A DNA stretch of 64,000 bases, taken from NCBI RefSeq assembly GCF_026210795.1, contig NC_089435.1, positions 5,146,001-5,210,000 of the forward strand. Direction: 5' to 3'. Source of the stretch: Rhizophagus irregularis. Lineage: Eukaryota. The notes below the pieces were generated by a model that was not told the DNA's origin, searched no databases, and saw only the letters and a list, made by a program, of their open reading frames with translations. The position numbers and the translations under genes are program-made. Below are positions 27,691 to 41,013 of this stretch, piece by piece; position 1 is the stretch's first letter; the number at the start of each line of letters is the position of its first letter.

Positions 27691-28462
27691 CATGACATTT
27701 TTATCAACATCACGAAACGTTCGGTAAATCAGTTCAGTAAATTTACGAAATAATCAGTAAAATTTACTGAAACTGATACCGAAAATATCAGTTTGGTAAA
27801 TCAGTTTAGTAAATCGCAAAACTGATACCGAACTGAAGTTACCAAAACTGATCAGTTAAATTTACTGAAAGGTTCAGTTCAGTAAATCAGAATACTGAAC
27901 CCGTTCCGATACCGAAACTGATCAGTTCAGTTCAGTAATTACTGAAACCGATCGGAGCCCTACTTATTATTTAGTTAAGTGATCATCAATCAGATGATTT
28001 TTTGGTATTACAAAACAATTTTGAGTAATAAAAATTGTGAAAATCAATTCAATAACTCTTTTTAATGCAGAGTAGACAAATCAGCCTATATGTCTTATTC
28101 TATTTCTAATTTTAATTCTAGCTTAATTATAATCCTAATTTTCTTATTTAACTTCAACTTTAATTTTAAATTTCCTTATTAGTAAAATAATTGTTAATGA
28201 AATATTTGTCTGTAAAATAATCTTATTGGTAAAATATTTGTTAGTAAGATAATTGTTAATAAAATAATTGTTAATAAAATGAATATAACTTGGATTAACT
28301 AGTATATTTTTATTATTTATATAAAATTTTTTATTATATGTATAAGTATAACAAATACTATGAGAAAATAATTTATACAAAAAATATTAATTTAGATTTT
28401 CAAATATAAATAAATATAATTATATATGTAAAAATTTGTAAAAAAAGGTTATCAGTTAATGG

Positions 28463-30361
28463 TAAAGTTCCGAACAGTTCGGGCTAAACCGGGGAACTGA
28501 TCCGAAACCGGCTCAAAATTCGGTTCAGTTCGGTTCGGGTATTAGAACTGAAAAACTGGCAGTTCGGTTCAGTTTAATCTGATTTTTTATAAAAATGCGA
28601 AAAATCGAATAGCCGGCCATCTAGTGATCATACAAAGTCGAACCATATATCATTGGATTCGTCTCGACGAGACGCATCAAATGGAGATAAGATCATGTCT
28701 CTAGCATCGATAGATCACATGTTAATCCACGCTAAATGATTTATAAATAAGTATTAGTTATTTACTGATCTAGTAGTATATAAATGGGTTATCATCTGAA
28801 GGATGATGTCCCATTTATATACTAAACTAGATTAGTAAATAACTTTATTATCATCCTAGATATACATCAGAAAATTTGTTTAGGCGTAATTTAGTGTAAT
28901 GTTTCGAAGGTGGTGTAAAATTTCGAAATATTACACTAAAAACGTAATATTACAAAAGTTAAGCTCTTAAATTTGAATAATTATAGTAATTTAAGAATAT
29001 CTCGCTATCTACTGATCCAATCAAGACGATCTATAGCTCATTGGAATCAGCTCATCAAGACGGATCGAATGGTAGTAAAATCGTATCTTTACGTTCGATA
29101 GATGATTTTCTATTAATTTAAAACTTTACTGCATACTATAGAGCGTTCTATCAACTGTAGAAATGCGATTTTACTACCATTCGATCCGTCTTGATGAGCT
29201 GATTCCAATGAGCTATAGATCGTCTTGATTGGATCAGTAGATAGCGAGATATTCTTAAATTACTATAATTATTCAAATTTAAGAGCATAAACTTTTGTAA
29301 TATTACGTTTTTAGTGTAATATTTCGAAATTTTACACCACCTTCGAAATATTACACTAAATTACGCCTAAACAAATTTCCTGATGTACTAATTGGTCTGC
29401 CAGTTTATAACTGGCGGAAAAAATCCTAAATACCAATTAGTAGCCAGGTGATAATTGGAATTAGCAAGCTATCTATCAGTGCTAGAGACATGATCTTAAC
29501 ACCATTCGACGCGTCTCAGTGAGACAAATCCAATGAATATGAATTCATTTGTATATGACCACTGGATGGCAAATAATATCAAGTTTCACATTTTTTTAAA
29601 ATTTTCGAGCATTAAAAATTAAAAATTCCGATACATGAATTTATTCGTCGTCCAATGGCCGTACAAATATGAATTAGGATTCATTGGATTCGTCTCGATG
29701 AGACGAGTCGAATGGTGGTGAGATCATATCTCTAGCATCGATAGATAGCTTGCTAATGCCAATTTTTTATAAATCATTTAGCGTGAATTAACTTATGATC
29801 TATTGATGCTAGAGCATCGACTCATATTCATTCAACTCTTCTCGAGAAGAATCCAATAAGTTTTATTTCATATTTGTACGACTATTGGACGACGAATAAA
29901 TTTATGTATCAGAATTTTTAATTTTTAACGCTCGAAAATTTTAAAAAAATGTGAAACTAGATATTATTCGCCATCCAGTGGTTGTACACGAACGAATTCA
30001 TATTCATTGGATTCGTCTCACTGAGACGCGTCAAATGGTGCTAAGATCATATCTCTAGCACCGATAGGTAGCTTGCCAATTTCAATTATTTATAAATCAT
30101 TTAGCGTGGGTTAACATGTGATCTATCGATTCTAGAGACATGATCTTACTGCCATTTGACGCGTCTTATCGAGACGAATCCAATGATATATGGCTCGACT
30201 TTGCACGATCACTAGATGGCCGGCTATTCGATTTTTCGCATTTTTATAAAAATCGGATTAAACCGAACCGAACTACCAGTTTTTCGGTTTGGTTCTTACG
30301 GATTTCGGCTCTAATCCAAACTGTCTATAATCCGGACCAAACCGACCTGTTCGGAGCTTTA
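28463..30361. mobile_element. Non-autonomous hAT element made of hairpin modules and a long internal palindrome
   Basis: TIRs TAAAGTTCCGAACAG / CTGTTCGGAGCTTTA, TSD gttaatgg/gttagtgg, ~240-bp inverted arms at ~28862-29105 / 29142-29388. Confidence 0.85.
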
Positions 30362-31032
30362 GTTAGTGGTTATGTCATTTCTCTTATAATTACTAATAAA
30401 TAGTAATTTTTTGTATTTATATTAATATAAATTTTCTTAAGTTATATATTATAAAAACTTTATATATTTTTGTTCTTTAGAAACTATTTTACTTATTTAA
30501 ATACCTTTTTTTTAAATATAATACTTATATAAAAAATTTATGTTAAGCTAACTTTTATAATTTCAACTTTTAAATGCAACTTATTGGTAAAAGGTAAGTA
30601 TTACTTTTAAATATATAAATATATCAGTCACTGGAAATGTCACATACAGATCATTTTCATATTAAATGAATTTTGTGTAACATTAATCAGATTACTTTAT
30701 TTATCGCCGTTTTCATAATTATGCGATCTACATCACGTGACAATGTATTACAAAATGTTGCGAATTTCACAATTTTTTGCGAACTCCTTTTAAAATTTAA
30801 AACAAATATTGCGAATTCCTTTTATATTTTTAGACTATAAGACTTTTAGTTACTAAAGTCTAAGTTTTATAACTATATAAGTATTTTTTTCCTTCGAATT
30901 CTCAAAAATACTAACCCTTACTAAAACGGATTTTGCAAATTCACAAAAAACTCTATAAAATGTGAGTATTTTAGTTATTCACGTCTAAGTTTTCAAGTAT
31001 ACTAATTCTTACTAAAACAATTTTAGACCAAG

Positions 31033-32157
31033 ATGGTAAAAAGTTTAAGCGAAGATTTAAGGTGGCGTATTATTTATTGTCAGGCTGAAGGCTTTATACA
31101 AAATGAAATTGCTAAAAGAATGTATGTTAGTGAGGCTACTGTCAATAAAGTCTGTAGGATTTTTAAAAAATGGGGATGTGTAAAGGACCCATTTATTTGT
31201 AGAGTGGGAAGAAGAAAAATTTTTACAACACAAGATATGTCGGTAAGAAATTTAGATGGTTACTCTTTTGTGATTTATTATTTTATAATAATTATTTAAC
31301 AAAGTTTACAAATTTATAGGCGTTAAAAAGTTTGGTTAAAGATAAAATAGATTGGTATCTTGATGAGTTGGTACATGAAATGGAACAGAGAACAGGAAAA
31401 TTAGTTTCTGTGCCAACATTATGGCATTCTCTTCAATTTTGCGGTATAACTAGAAAGAAAATACAAAAAGCAGCTAAAGAAAGAAGTGAGATATTACGTG
31501 GTGTTTATTTGTATAATATTGGAATGAATTATACTGCTGAACAATTAATTTTTATTGATAAATTTTCAAAGGATGAGAGAACACTCACCAGGTTATATGG
31601 TTACTCTCCTGTTAATACTAGAGCAGAAAAAAGTGTTGTTTTTATTAGAGGAAAGCGTTATACGATTTTACCTGCATTGTCTTTAGAAGGTTTTATTGCT
31701 GTTGATATTATGGAAGGAAGTTGTGATAAGGAAAGATTCCAAACTTTTATTTTAACACAATTGGTAAATATTTTATTATATTATTTTTATAATTAAATTA
31801 ATTGAATTTTTTTATTAATATTATTATTTATTTTAAATTAAGTTACCTCAAATGAATCCATATCCAGCTAAACATAGTGTATTGGTTATGGATAATACAC
31901 GTATACATCATAATGATGATTTAGTTGCAGCAGTAGAAGAAATTGGTGGTAGAGTACTTTATTTGCCTCCCTATTCACCAGATTTTAATCCTATTGAAAC
32001 GGCCTTCTCAGCATTAAAGTCTTGGTTAAAAAGGTACAGAGATTTTGTAGATTATTTTGATCCAATATATTTAATTTTAGTTGCATTAGCTCAAATTACA
32101 CCAGAAATGGCAAAAAATTATTTTGAAAAATCGGTTTATATATATAATAAAATATAG
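31033..32157 (+). CDS. IS630/Tc1-family DD34E transposase, 3 exons (31033-31242, 31320-31763, 31843-32157), ~322 aa
   Basis: N-terminal HTH, then LIFID, VMDN..IH and LPPYSPDFNPIE with 34 residues between D and E. Phase-0 GT-AG introns join the three track ORFs. Confidence 0.9.
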
Positions 32158-32302
32158 TTTTTATTTTTTGTAAATAATGTTTATAATTATTAGAATTACA
32201 AATTAAAATATTAAGAATATATTATTTATAATATTGCTAACTTTATTTATTAGAAATTAATCAAATTATATTATAAGTTTATAACAAAATATATACAAAA
32301 AA

Positions 32303-33916
32303 TCATTCATATTTTTTTGCTTCATCACGTAAAATTTGCCTACGTCCAATAATTGTTACATCCATTAAAATATATTCAGAATCTGATAATCTTGCAAGTT
32401 GATTAACAAGAATTTCTTGTTCTTCAAAAATAGATAGATAACAAGTAAATTTACCATCACCAAATTCTTGATCTAAATTTTTTAGAAAATCTTCTATATT
32501 CGGCACTATTTTTTTTATTGAACTATGATCTGATATTTGTGAATTAACTGATGTGCTATGATCTGATATTTGCGAAATTGAAGTTCTTCTTTGAATATTA
32601 TAATCACAATCAGGATAATTATATGAAAATGGCGACGGAAAATACATTTGTTGAGAATATTGAGGATATGCTGTCATTGATTGAGGATAATTATCAATAT
32701 TAGAAGAATCTTTTCTAGTTACCTTTACTGAATGCATCATACTAAATATAGCATGATTAGGAGGAGTATCCAAATCTGCATTTTTGTTTACCTATAATAA
32801 ACGAATTTAATGTTATTAAAAATGTATTTATAATGATAATTCCAATACTAAATACACACAATTTCTTTGGCCCATAAACTAATTGCAAAATTTGTTAAAG
32901 ATAAATGACGATCTTCTTTAATAAAACAACGTTTGTGATTCTGAATCTCACAAATATACTTATCATTTAATTTCATCACATATGATCTAACTAATGCTTC
33001 ATTTTCATTTAAAGTAGCTTCTTTAGGTATACGTTTTTTGATATGTTTTTTTAATTGTTTTTTAGATTTGGTATTTTGATAAGCTTCATTTTCTGATTCA
33101 TCATTAGATTTCTGTTCTGAAACTTCATTCTATAATATTATTAAAAATTTAATTGAATAATTAATATATACAAATAATTATTTTCAAAAATAAATACCTC
33201 ATGTGAACGTTTTTTTGATAATTCTCTAAGTATAACAATAATTACTACTTTCTTATTTCCCGCTACTATACTTTGATAATCCTTTAGAAATTCATCAAAT
33301 GCTTCTTCATTACCTAAAAGTGTTCCAGCTCCACTTTCTGAATGTGATTTATATGCTAAAGTATATTCATTTCTATAAACTAGTCCAACTTGTTCACAAA
33401 TATATGATTCAAGTTTGTCTCTAAAATTAATAAAATTTGGATTATCTAAAGTAAAACTAATTATTACAAAAGGCAACACTTGTTTATTTTGTTTGATAGA
33501 CATGCGCAATTTAAATTCCATTTGTAATGGTGTAGAAGGTAGAGAAGTACCATCCGTTGGTGAAGAAGGAATAACTATAATATTTTTTTTTCTTTGTCAG
33601 CTGCTTTAACATTTCTGTTAATTTGACTATTACATGCTGAACAAAGTGTACAGTTATACGGCAGTTCTATATCCAGCTTATATCCATATTTTTGATTGCT
33701 ATTTGATAAAGTGTTTTTTATTTTTTCATGTACTATGGCTGGCTTGTAAGTTAAGTTTCGAAAATTTGCTACTTCTTTAGTACGATTTTTTTTGGTTGGT
33801 TTGATGGATTTATCATAATTACAGTTATTTGATGTTATGTCTAAACCACAATACATACACAATTGGCATGTAAAACAAACTCCAATTTGGTAGTTTCTTG
33901 GTGAAATAGAAGACAT
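32303..33916 (-). CDS. Cys-rich uncharacterised protein with C-terminal SAM-like domain, convergent with the Tc1 transposase; one homopolymer frameshift
   Basis: CFTCQLCMYC...CTLCSAC and C...H..C......H..L....LWA..I...PPN motifs. Introns at ~33130-33197 and ~32792-32859. Frameshift in the T-run at ~33583-33591. Confidence 0.65.
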
Positions 33917-34466
33917 TTTTTCGTGACGCTATAAAATTTTTTACGCGATATATTTTTAATCTTTAAATTTGATGCATAAGATCACAATGTTACACAAAAT
34001 TCAAATTCGAATTTTTTTTTTTGATTATTTTGAAAATCGCATAATTTTGAAAATGGCGATAATAGTTAGACATGAATTTTAAACGTACTATACTTACACA
34101 AATTACAAAATTGATAGATTATCATGTGCTCTATCAATTTCTATCCTTACTTTCGGATTTTTAATAAAAAAATTTTTTTTTATATCTCACAAAAAACTCA
34201 CTTAAAAAACACACTTTTTTCAAGATCTAAGTTGAAATATAAAGAAATATTCATATTTAAAAGCAAAAATATATGTAATTTTACGAGTAGGAAAAGATTT
34301 TCTAAGCTTATAATGGCAGTTATTTAGATAGCTTTTGCATAAAATATAAAAAAATACAAATTTATAATATCTTTAAAAATATATACAAATTTTATGGCGT
34401 AATTTTAGTACTTTGGCTATAAGTAAATCAATTTTATGTATTAAGTGATAATTGTTCAGCAAGGTC

Positions 34467-35594
34467 TAAAGTTGCCTGCCGAAACTCTACAGGCCATTGT
34501 CGAAATGTCGAAACTAAAACCTGTCGAAATGCCGAAATGCCAAAATAGTTTCGACATGTCGAAATTGTCGAAACCTAAAAATATTACGTTTCACGTAATA
34601 ACTCGGCATCCAATGATCGTAGAAAGATGCACCATAGCTCGTTGGAATCGTCTCATAACGACGAGTCGAATGGTGGTTAGATCGTCTTTCTACGATCACT
34701 GGATGCCGAGATATTTAACGAAACGTCAAAAATCGGCATTTTGTATTTTGCGATACTGCGCCGTTTGACGTTTCACGTAATAACTCAGCATCCAATGATC
34801 GTAGAAAGATGCACCATAGCTCGTTGGAATCGTCTCATAACGACGAGTCGAATGGTGGTTAGATCGTCTTTCTACGATCACTGGATGCCGAGATAATAGG
34901 CGAAACGTCAAACGGCGCAGTATCGCAAAATACAAAATGCCGATTTTTGACGTTTCGTTAAATATCTCGGCATCTAGTGATCGTAGAAAGACGTTTTAAC
35001 CACCATTCGACTCGTCGTTATGAGACGATTCCAACGAGCTATGGTGCATCTTTCTACGATCATTGGATGCTGAGTTATTACGTGAAACGTCAAACGGCAC
35101 AGTATCGCAAAATACAAAATGCCGATTTTTGACGTTTCGTTAAATATCTCGGCATCCAGTGATCGTAGAAAGACGATCTAACCACCATTCGACTCGTCGT
35201 TATGAGACGATTCCAACGAGCTATGGTGCATCTTTCTACGATCATTGGATGCCGAGTTATTACGTGAAACGTCAAACGGCGCAGTATCGCAAAATACAAA
35301 ATGCCGATTTTTGACGTTTCGTTAAATATCTCGGCATCCAGTGATCGTAGAAAGACGATCTAACCACCATTCGACTCGTCGTTATGAGACGATTCCAACG
35401 AGCTATGGTGCATCTTTCTATGATCATTGGATGCCGAGTTATTACGTGAAACGTAATATTTTTAGGTTTCGACAATTTCGACATGTCGAAACTATTTCGG
35501 CATTTCGTCAAATCAGAGAGCCAATGTCGAAATGTCGAAATAGTTTCGACAATTTCGACATGCCGAAACTCCCTAATTTCGGCAGGCAACTTTA
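34467..35594. mobile_element. hAT-like element with a palindromic array of 182-bp hairpin repeats (2 forward, 3 reverse)
   Basis: TIRs TAAAGTTGCCTGCCGAAA / TTTCGGCAGGCAACTTTA. Units are nearly identical. No TSD. Confidence 0.85.
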
Positions 35595-35596
35595 AC

Positions 35597-36689
35597 TATA
35601 TCCGGTTCTCTCAAAATTTCAAACATTTGAAATCTTACCGTCACAAAAGTTACAGCTAGCGCCTTTTTCCTTTGCATAATTACCCAATTGTATAATTTCG
35701 TCTTAGCTTCAGGAAAATAAGCTTTTCGGCCAGAATCCACCCGCATAGTATTATTTTTTATTTCACTTGTCCAACTTTCACTTGCCTTAACCCCAGTGTT
35801 GGACTATGACCTAAAATGACCTATATGACCTCTATAACTGGTCATAGGTCATTTGGTCATTTTAAAATTATCTAGTCATATGACTTTAGTCATATATTAT
35901 TAACCAATCAAATTTTAGTAAATTTTTAATATTAGATTAATTAAAAGTATAATTCTGGCCAGAATTAAAGATCAGTATCAAAATTTCCTTTTTTGTAATA
36001 ATTGTGTAACTTAAAATTCCAAATTTCATGAGAAATAAAATTGCCTTTTTAGGAAATTTGTGTAATATCATGTGATATAATTTTGCAAATTTTGTAATTT
36101 TGGCCAAAATTCTTAATTTCAGCCTAATTATGACCAAATGTCATATGACCATTAAGTCATAATACATATGACCAAGGTCATTTCAAAATTTTCATATGAC
36201 CTGGTCATTGTCCATCACTGCTTAACCCAGCGTCCAACCATAGATTTGTCAAGGTCAAAATGTCTAGCTGCTTCATTTCTTCCACGTTGACGAGCATAGG
36301 TAACAACTACCTTTTTCTGTTCAATAGAATACGAAGTACGTTAACGTTTAATAACTTTTGGCATAGTGTATGAAACTTAAATTTTCAGAAGATATGAAGG
36401 TCACGTGAAAATTGTAAAGGTTGCGAAGTTGTTAAAGTCACGAAGTTGTAAAAGTCACATAATTGCTAAAAAACTCCTTATTATATCATTACGCAGAATT
36501 GCATCATTGTGAAACATTTTACAGATTTTTTCACCAGAACTTTTTTTTTGCAAAATTTTTTAACGAATTTTAAATTGATTTAAGACGTTTAAAAGACATT
36601 TTTCTAAAACTGTTAAAATTAAGCATTCCCCCAAACTTTTCGCACAAAATCCCTGCAAAAATGGGGTACTTAATATTGGAAAAATACGG
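35597..36689 (-). mobile_element. Truncated pogo/Tigger-like element: one TIR plus N-terminal transposase pseudogene (start 36364)
   Basis: TA|CCGTATTTTTCCAATATTAAGTACCCC terminus. Translation MPKVIKR*RTSYSIEQKKVVVTYARQRGRNEAARHFDLDKSMVGRWVK..SGRKAYFPEAKTKLYNWV matches Brinker-like and CENP-B-type HTH domains. Confidence 0.75.
35794..36220. mobile_element. hAT-type MITE inserted in the pogo transposase
   Basis: TIRs CAGTGTTGGACTATGACC / GGTCATTGTCCATCACTG, perfect 8-bp TSD cttaaccc. The reading frame resumes across the insertion. Confidence 0.9.
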
Positions 36690-36691
36690 TA

Positions 36692-37798
36692 TTAGTTTTT
36701 TTTTATTTAATGAAACGTTGGCTAACATTTCAATTTTCTCTTTTTATAGGTTATTGGCTTTCCAAATATAATGGAATTTCAAAGGTAAAACTTCAAAATT
36801 TAAAATTTTTTTATTTTTTTTTATTTTATTTAACAAATGTTTACTGATGTTTGTTCTTATTTTTTGTAAGTCCAGAACACCAAAAGTACTCTGGATATCA
36901 TTTCGAAGGTATAATCTTTGAAAGTTTTTAATTTTATTTAATGAAATGTTGATTAACATTTCATTTGTATTTTTTTTATAGGGTTTATAGGTCTATGGCT
37001 TTTCAGATATGAATTTCAAAGGTAAACTTTGAAATTCTTTAATTTTTTTATATATTTTTTAATTTAACGAATGTTGTTATCTAACGTTCATTTTTATATT
37101 TTGTAGGTCCAGAACACTGAAGTATAGTTCTGGACTCATTTTTGAAAGTAAAACCTTCAAAAGTTTATTTTTTTAATAAATTATTTGACGAACGTTAACT
37201 AATGTTCAATTTTTTTAGGTTCTACGACTTTAGACGGGTTTCTGAACAAAATTTCAAAGTAATATTCAAGGTAATTACTTTGAAATTCTTCTTTTACTTT
37301 TTTTTCAATAAACTTTACAAATTTTATACTAATGTTCATTTTTCCTTTATTTTTGTATAGATTTTTTTTCCATTTTGCTAATTGTTTGTTTGAATCGAAC
37401 CAACTGGAACAAAGTTCCAAACTATTAACAACATGTAAATGTGCAGTAAAGAGATGATGAATAGCAATGACTAGTAATAGATTTTAATTGTATTTGTAAA
37501 CTTGTTAATATATAATAAAAAAGTAATTTTGATTATATAAATAAATTAAATAAATTAGTAATTAATGCAATAAATTAATTTGTATTATTGTGACACAGAT
37601 TTTTACTGAAAAAAATTGCTGAGGTATTTCAAAGGTTTTTTATTTAAAAATCTGTGCAGAACTTTGTTATTTATAAAATCTGTGCAGTTTTTTATTGGAT
37701 TTTTCCTCTAATGTTTTGTGCCAGGGTATAAGATTTGCGTAGAAATAATTTCTGAAAATCTGCGCAGATCTGCACCCCAAAAAATTTTCCGATGAATG
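36692..37798 (+). mobile_element. Right part of a decayed CMC-like element with micro-exon-like units
   Basis: About five AG..GT-bounded 35-50-nt units at 36750-37270. The terminus ttttccgatgaatg reads CATTCATCGG on the other strand, a likely decayed CACT end. Confidence 0.5.
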
Positions 37799-39017
37799 TA
37801 ATACAATAATAATGACTTAATATTATGTAAATCAAATTTACACTTAATTTTATATGTATACATGATCAATTTTTTTTTGAAATTTTGAAATCAATTTTTT
37901 TTTATTAAAATTAAAAAATTGCCAATCACAGTAATTTGAAAATGGCAATAATTATCAATAGTATTTGCAATAATTTATAATAATTATGTTAAACGTAATT
38001 ATTTACAGGTACTTTTAATTAATTACAAAAACATTAACAATTACAATTAATATAATTATTTACATTATATATAATTAATTACAAAATACATAATTATTTA
38101 TATATTTTAAATTACAAATTACATTTTTAACTGATGATTTACCTGGTCATATATAAAATAACAATTCAAAATATAGTGGCAGATCAAAGATTACAACTAA
38201 TTAATATGATTTGATGCAATATTTAGTTGTCCAATTTTGCCATCAATTGGTTCTGCCTTAAGAGTTTAGGATCTAAAATATGCTAAAAAAACTTGTTAAA
38301 TGTAATTATATCTGATGCACAAGTTTATTACTTAGAAATTCAATAGCATATCTCTCAATGTTTGGATTCTGTAGTATATAAACAAGATATTGTAAAACTT
38401 GACCATCAAAATAATGGTGCTATATATAAAGTTTTTTTGTTTATCAAATTTATAAACTGGAATATTCAGATGAAAAAATATGTGAATTTTTGTTTTGCTA
38501 TTTATATTTGGTAAGTTTTATGAAATTATTTAAATTACTTTAGTAAATACATCTAATTAGAATTTTTATACATTAAGGTGAACTGGTTGATTATTATCTT
38601 AATTGACAAATTAGTCTATTAGAACATATTAAAATGGCTATGATATCATTTTTTTTTTCTATAATTATGTCTATTTTTTTTTTAAAACTCACATTAGACA
38701 CATTTATTTTCCACCAATTTTTGATGAAAAAATTATTCAGAAATCACACTTCAGGTGATGTATGTTAGAACGAAAGAATGCATTTGAATTTAAATTAAAA
38801 ACTAAAAGATTTATATATGTTATATTAATTAATCGTAAGTTGAATTAAGTAAATTACTACCTATTATATATCTAAGTATTTACCGAATTTAGCAATATTT
38901 TGAGTAGACCACTATTTAAGTAAAATAAATGACAAAATAATTAATAATTAAATATAAATAATGCCAAAAATAACTAATTAGATTAAGTATTCGTCAATAT
39001 TATCATTGTTTTCGTTA

Positions 39018-41013
39018 TCAAACTTCTAAAACTTCATCTTCCAATGAGTCAACTTTTATTCTTCTTTTACATTCTTCAACTTCCCATTCCCAATTAGTTG
39101 TTATTACAGCTGTAAATATACCAATTCCCATAAGAATAGACCCACCGGTAACACCTGACCATAGTCCAACTAATTCAAAATTAAATTTAAACGCTAATAA
39201 AAGTCCAACTGGTAACGCAAATTTATAATATGCTGATAAATAAATTATAGATATAACCTTTTGCCTCCCTTTAATAAATGAAATATAGATCAGATATATT
39301 CAGAAATGTATATTTAATAAAAAAAAGAAAGAAATTCCGATAAAAACCTTGTCCCCTCAATATTCCTCCACCTATAATACCTATCGCATCTGATGGCTTT
39401 AATAGAGTAATTTTTTTTTAAATATAAGCATCTAATAATTTAATCACTTAATCAGCTATTACTGGAATACATACTTGAAATAGTGCGCAAAGCGGCAAAA
39501 TTGTTGCGGTTAATTTTATAACTTCTTCTTTATTTGTAAATAAGTACCTAATAATTAAGAAAATATTTAACCATCAGTGAAATAAAAGAAACTAAAGAAA
39601 TAATACTGTACAACATAAGATCACCTTCTAATAATGCAGTGATTTCCACTTCATTTATAACATTTACCCCAATGAATCCCTGAAAATTAATATTCCCGTT
39701 GCACTACAGGTAGCACTTATAAATGCAAGAATTAAAGAAATATTGACAGTAATTTTTGCTTTACTTATCAATCCTTCTCCTAATAAATTACCAACCCTAT
39801 TTGAAGTTGCTACCGAAATACTTCTTGGTAATTGAAAAAATAAAAGTACAATGGTAAGAACTAAACGATGAGCTGCTAATGATATACTCCCAAAATAGCC
39901 TGAAGCCAACGCTATTAATTCATAAATCCACCAATCCGCACAAGCCGTCAAAATTCCGGGAATGGCTAATCTCATGAAAGATGACCAGTCATCAAGACAT
40001 GTACGCGTCCAACCACCCCACGCCTGGTGGCCATTAATATACTTAATATAAAGGATGCTAAAAATTAACATTAACCAATTAGAAATGTTTATCGCTATTG
40101 GTGCACCAATAAACCCAAGGGCTATTGGTTCCCACCAAACTAGCGCGTAATTTAAAACAATGCTAATTGGGCTAATAATTATAAGAACATAAGACGTAGC
40201 ATGCATAATGCCTTTATTCGATGGAAATTATTATTAACATAAACGTATAAAATATAATATAATGAATTACAAGTATTATGAAATTAATATTTTACCTTGT
40301 CCTTGTAAAAACTTTTCGACACACCAAAAAATAAAAGTGGCTGGAGCACCCAAAATTGACCAGCGTAAAAATTTTTGCGCGTATGCTGATGTTTCTTCAT
40401 CTTGGCCTAAATAAACCAGAATTGTTCCAGATTCCCACCAGATGAAACTTACCGGGATGAACCCAAGAAGAATAATAATAATGGCACGTTGTAAGTACAC
40501 GCCAACCATTTTCGGGTTCCCAGATGTGTAACCCTGTGGGCACAAAGTGTCTAAAGCAGAAATTGCGCCATAAAATATGGAAATTCCGGTTACTGAAGCA
40601 AACTAAATTAGCGAATTAAAGAGAGAAGATCAATTCCTAATCTATTTACTATTTATAAATAAACAGAAAATCCATGTACACTTAAATTGTCAAAGACTCT
40701 AACTCACCATTGAACCTAATGATAATGCTGCCAACTCTACATATCCCTTATAGATAATAAAACTAAGATTATTTAATGTACATAAGTAATAAATAATTGT
40801 CACAAAACATACCTTGTGGCCCAATGTAAAAACACTTGCGACCGAAAAAACATATTGTAAGGACGAAGCAAAAAAAACTGGAACAGCTTTCCGAATAATG
40901 TAAAGTGCTTCGTCCAATTTATAGATTTGAGGTGCAATAACTTTATTTTGTTCAAGTAACAATACTGTTGTTTCGTCTGCATTTTCTCGTAGTTCTTCAC
41001 TTGAAGTTGACAT
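39018..41013 (-). CDS. MATE-family efflux transporter, multi-exon
   Basis: LAALSLGSM, SALDTLCPQGYT, VGVYLQRA, RLAIPG....ADWWIYE, ATSNRVGNLLG, GILRGQGRQK, GLWSG. Several short GT-AG introns. Confidence 0.9.

Larger units (their letters stand above)
25466..27962. mobile_element. Non-autonomous hAT element with nested insertions and internal minisatellite
   Basis: TIRs TAGGGCTCTGATTGGTT / AACCGATCGGAGCCCTA, perfect 8-bp TSD cttattat, AACTG/CAGTT subterminal repeats. Confidence 0.9.

Noticed and set aside
34445..35595. Several overlapping ORFs with repeated peptides
   Set aside because: By-products of the 182-bp palindromic repeat.
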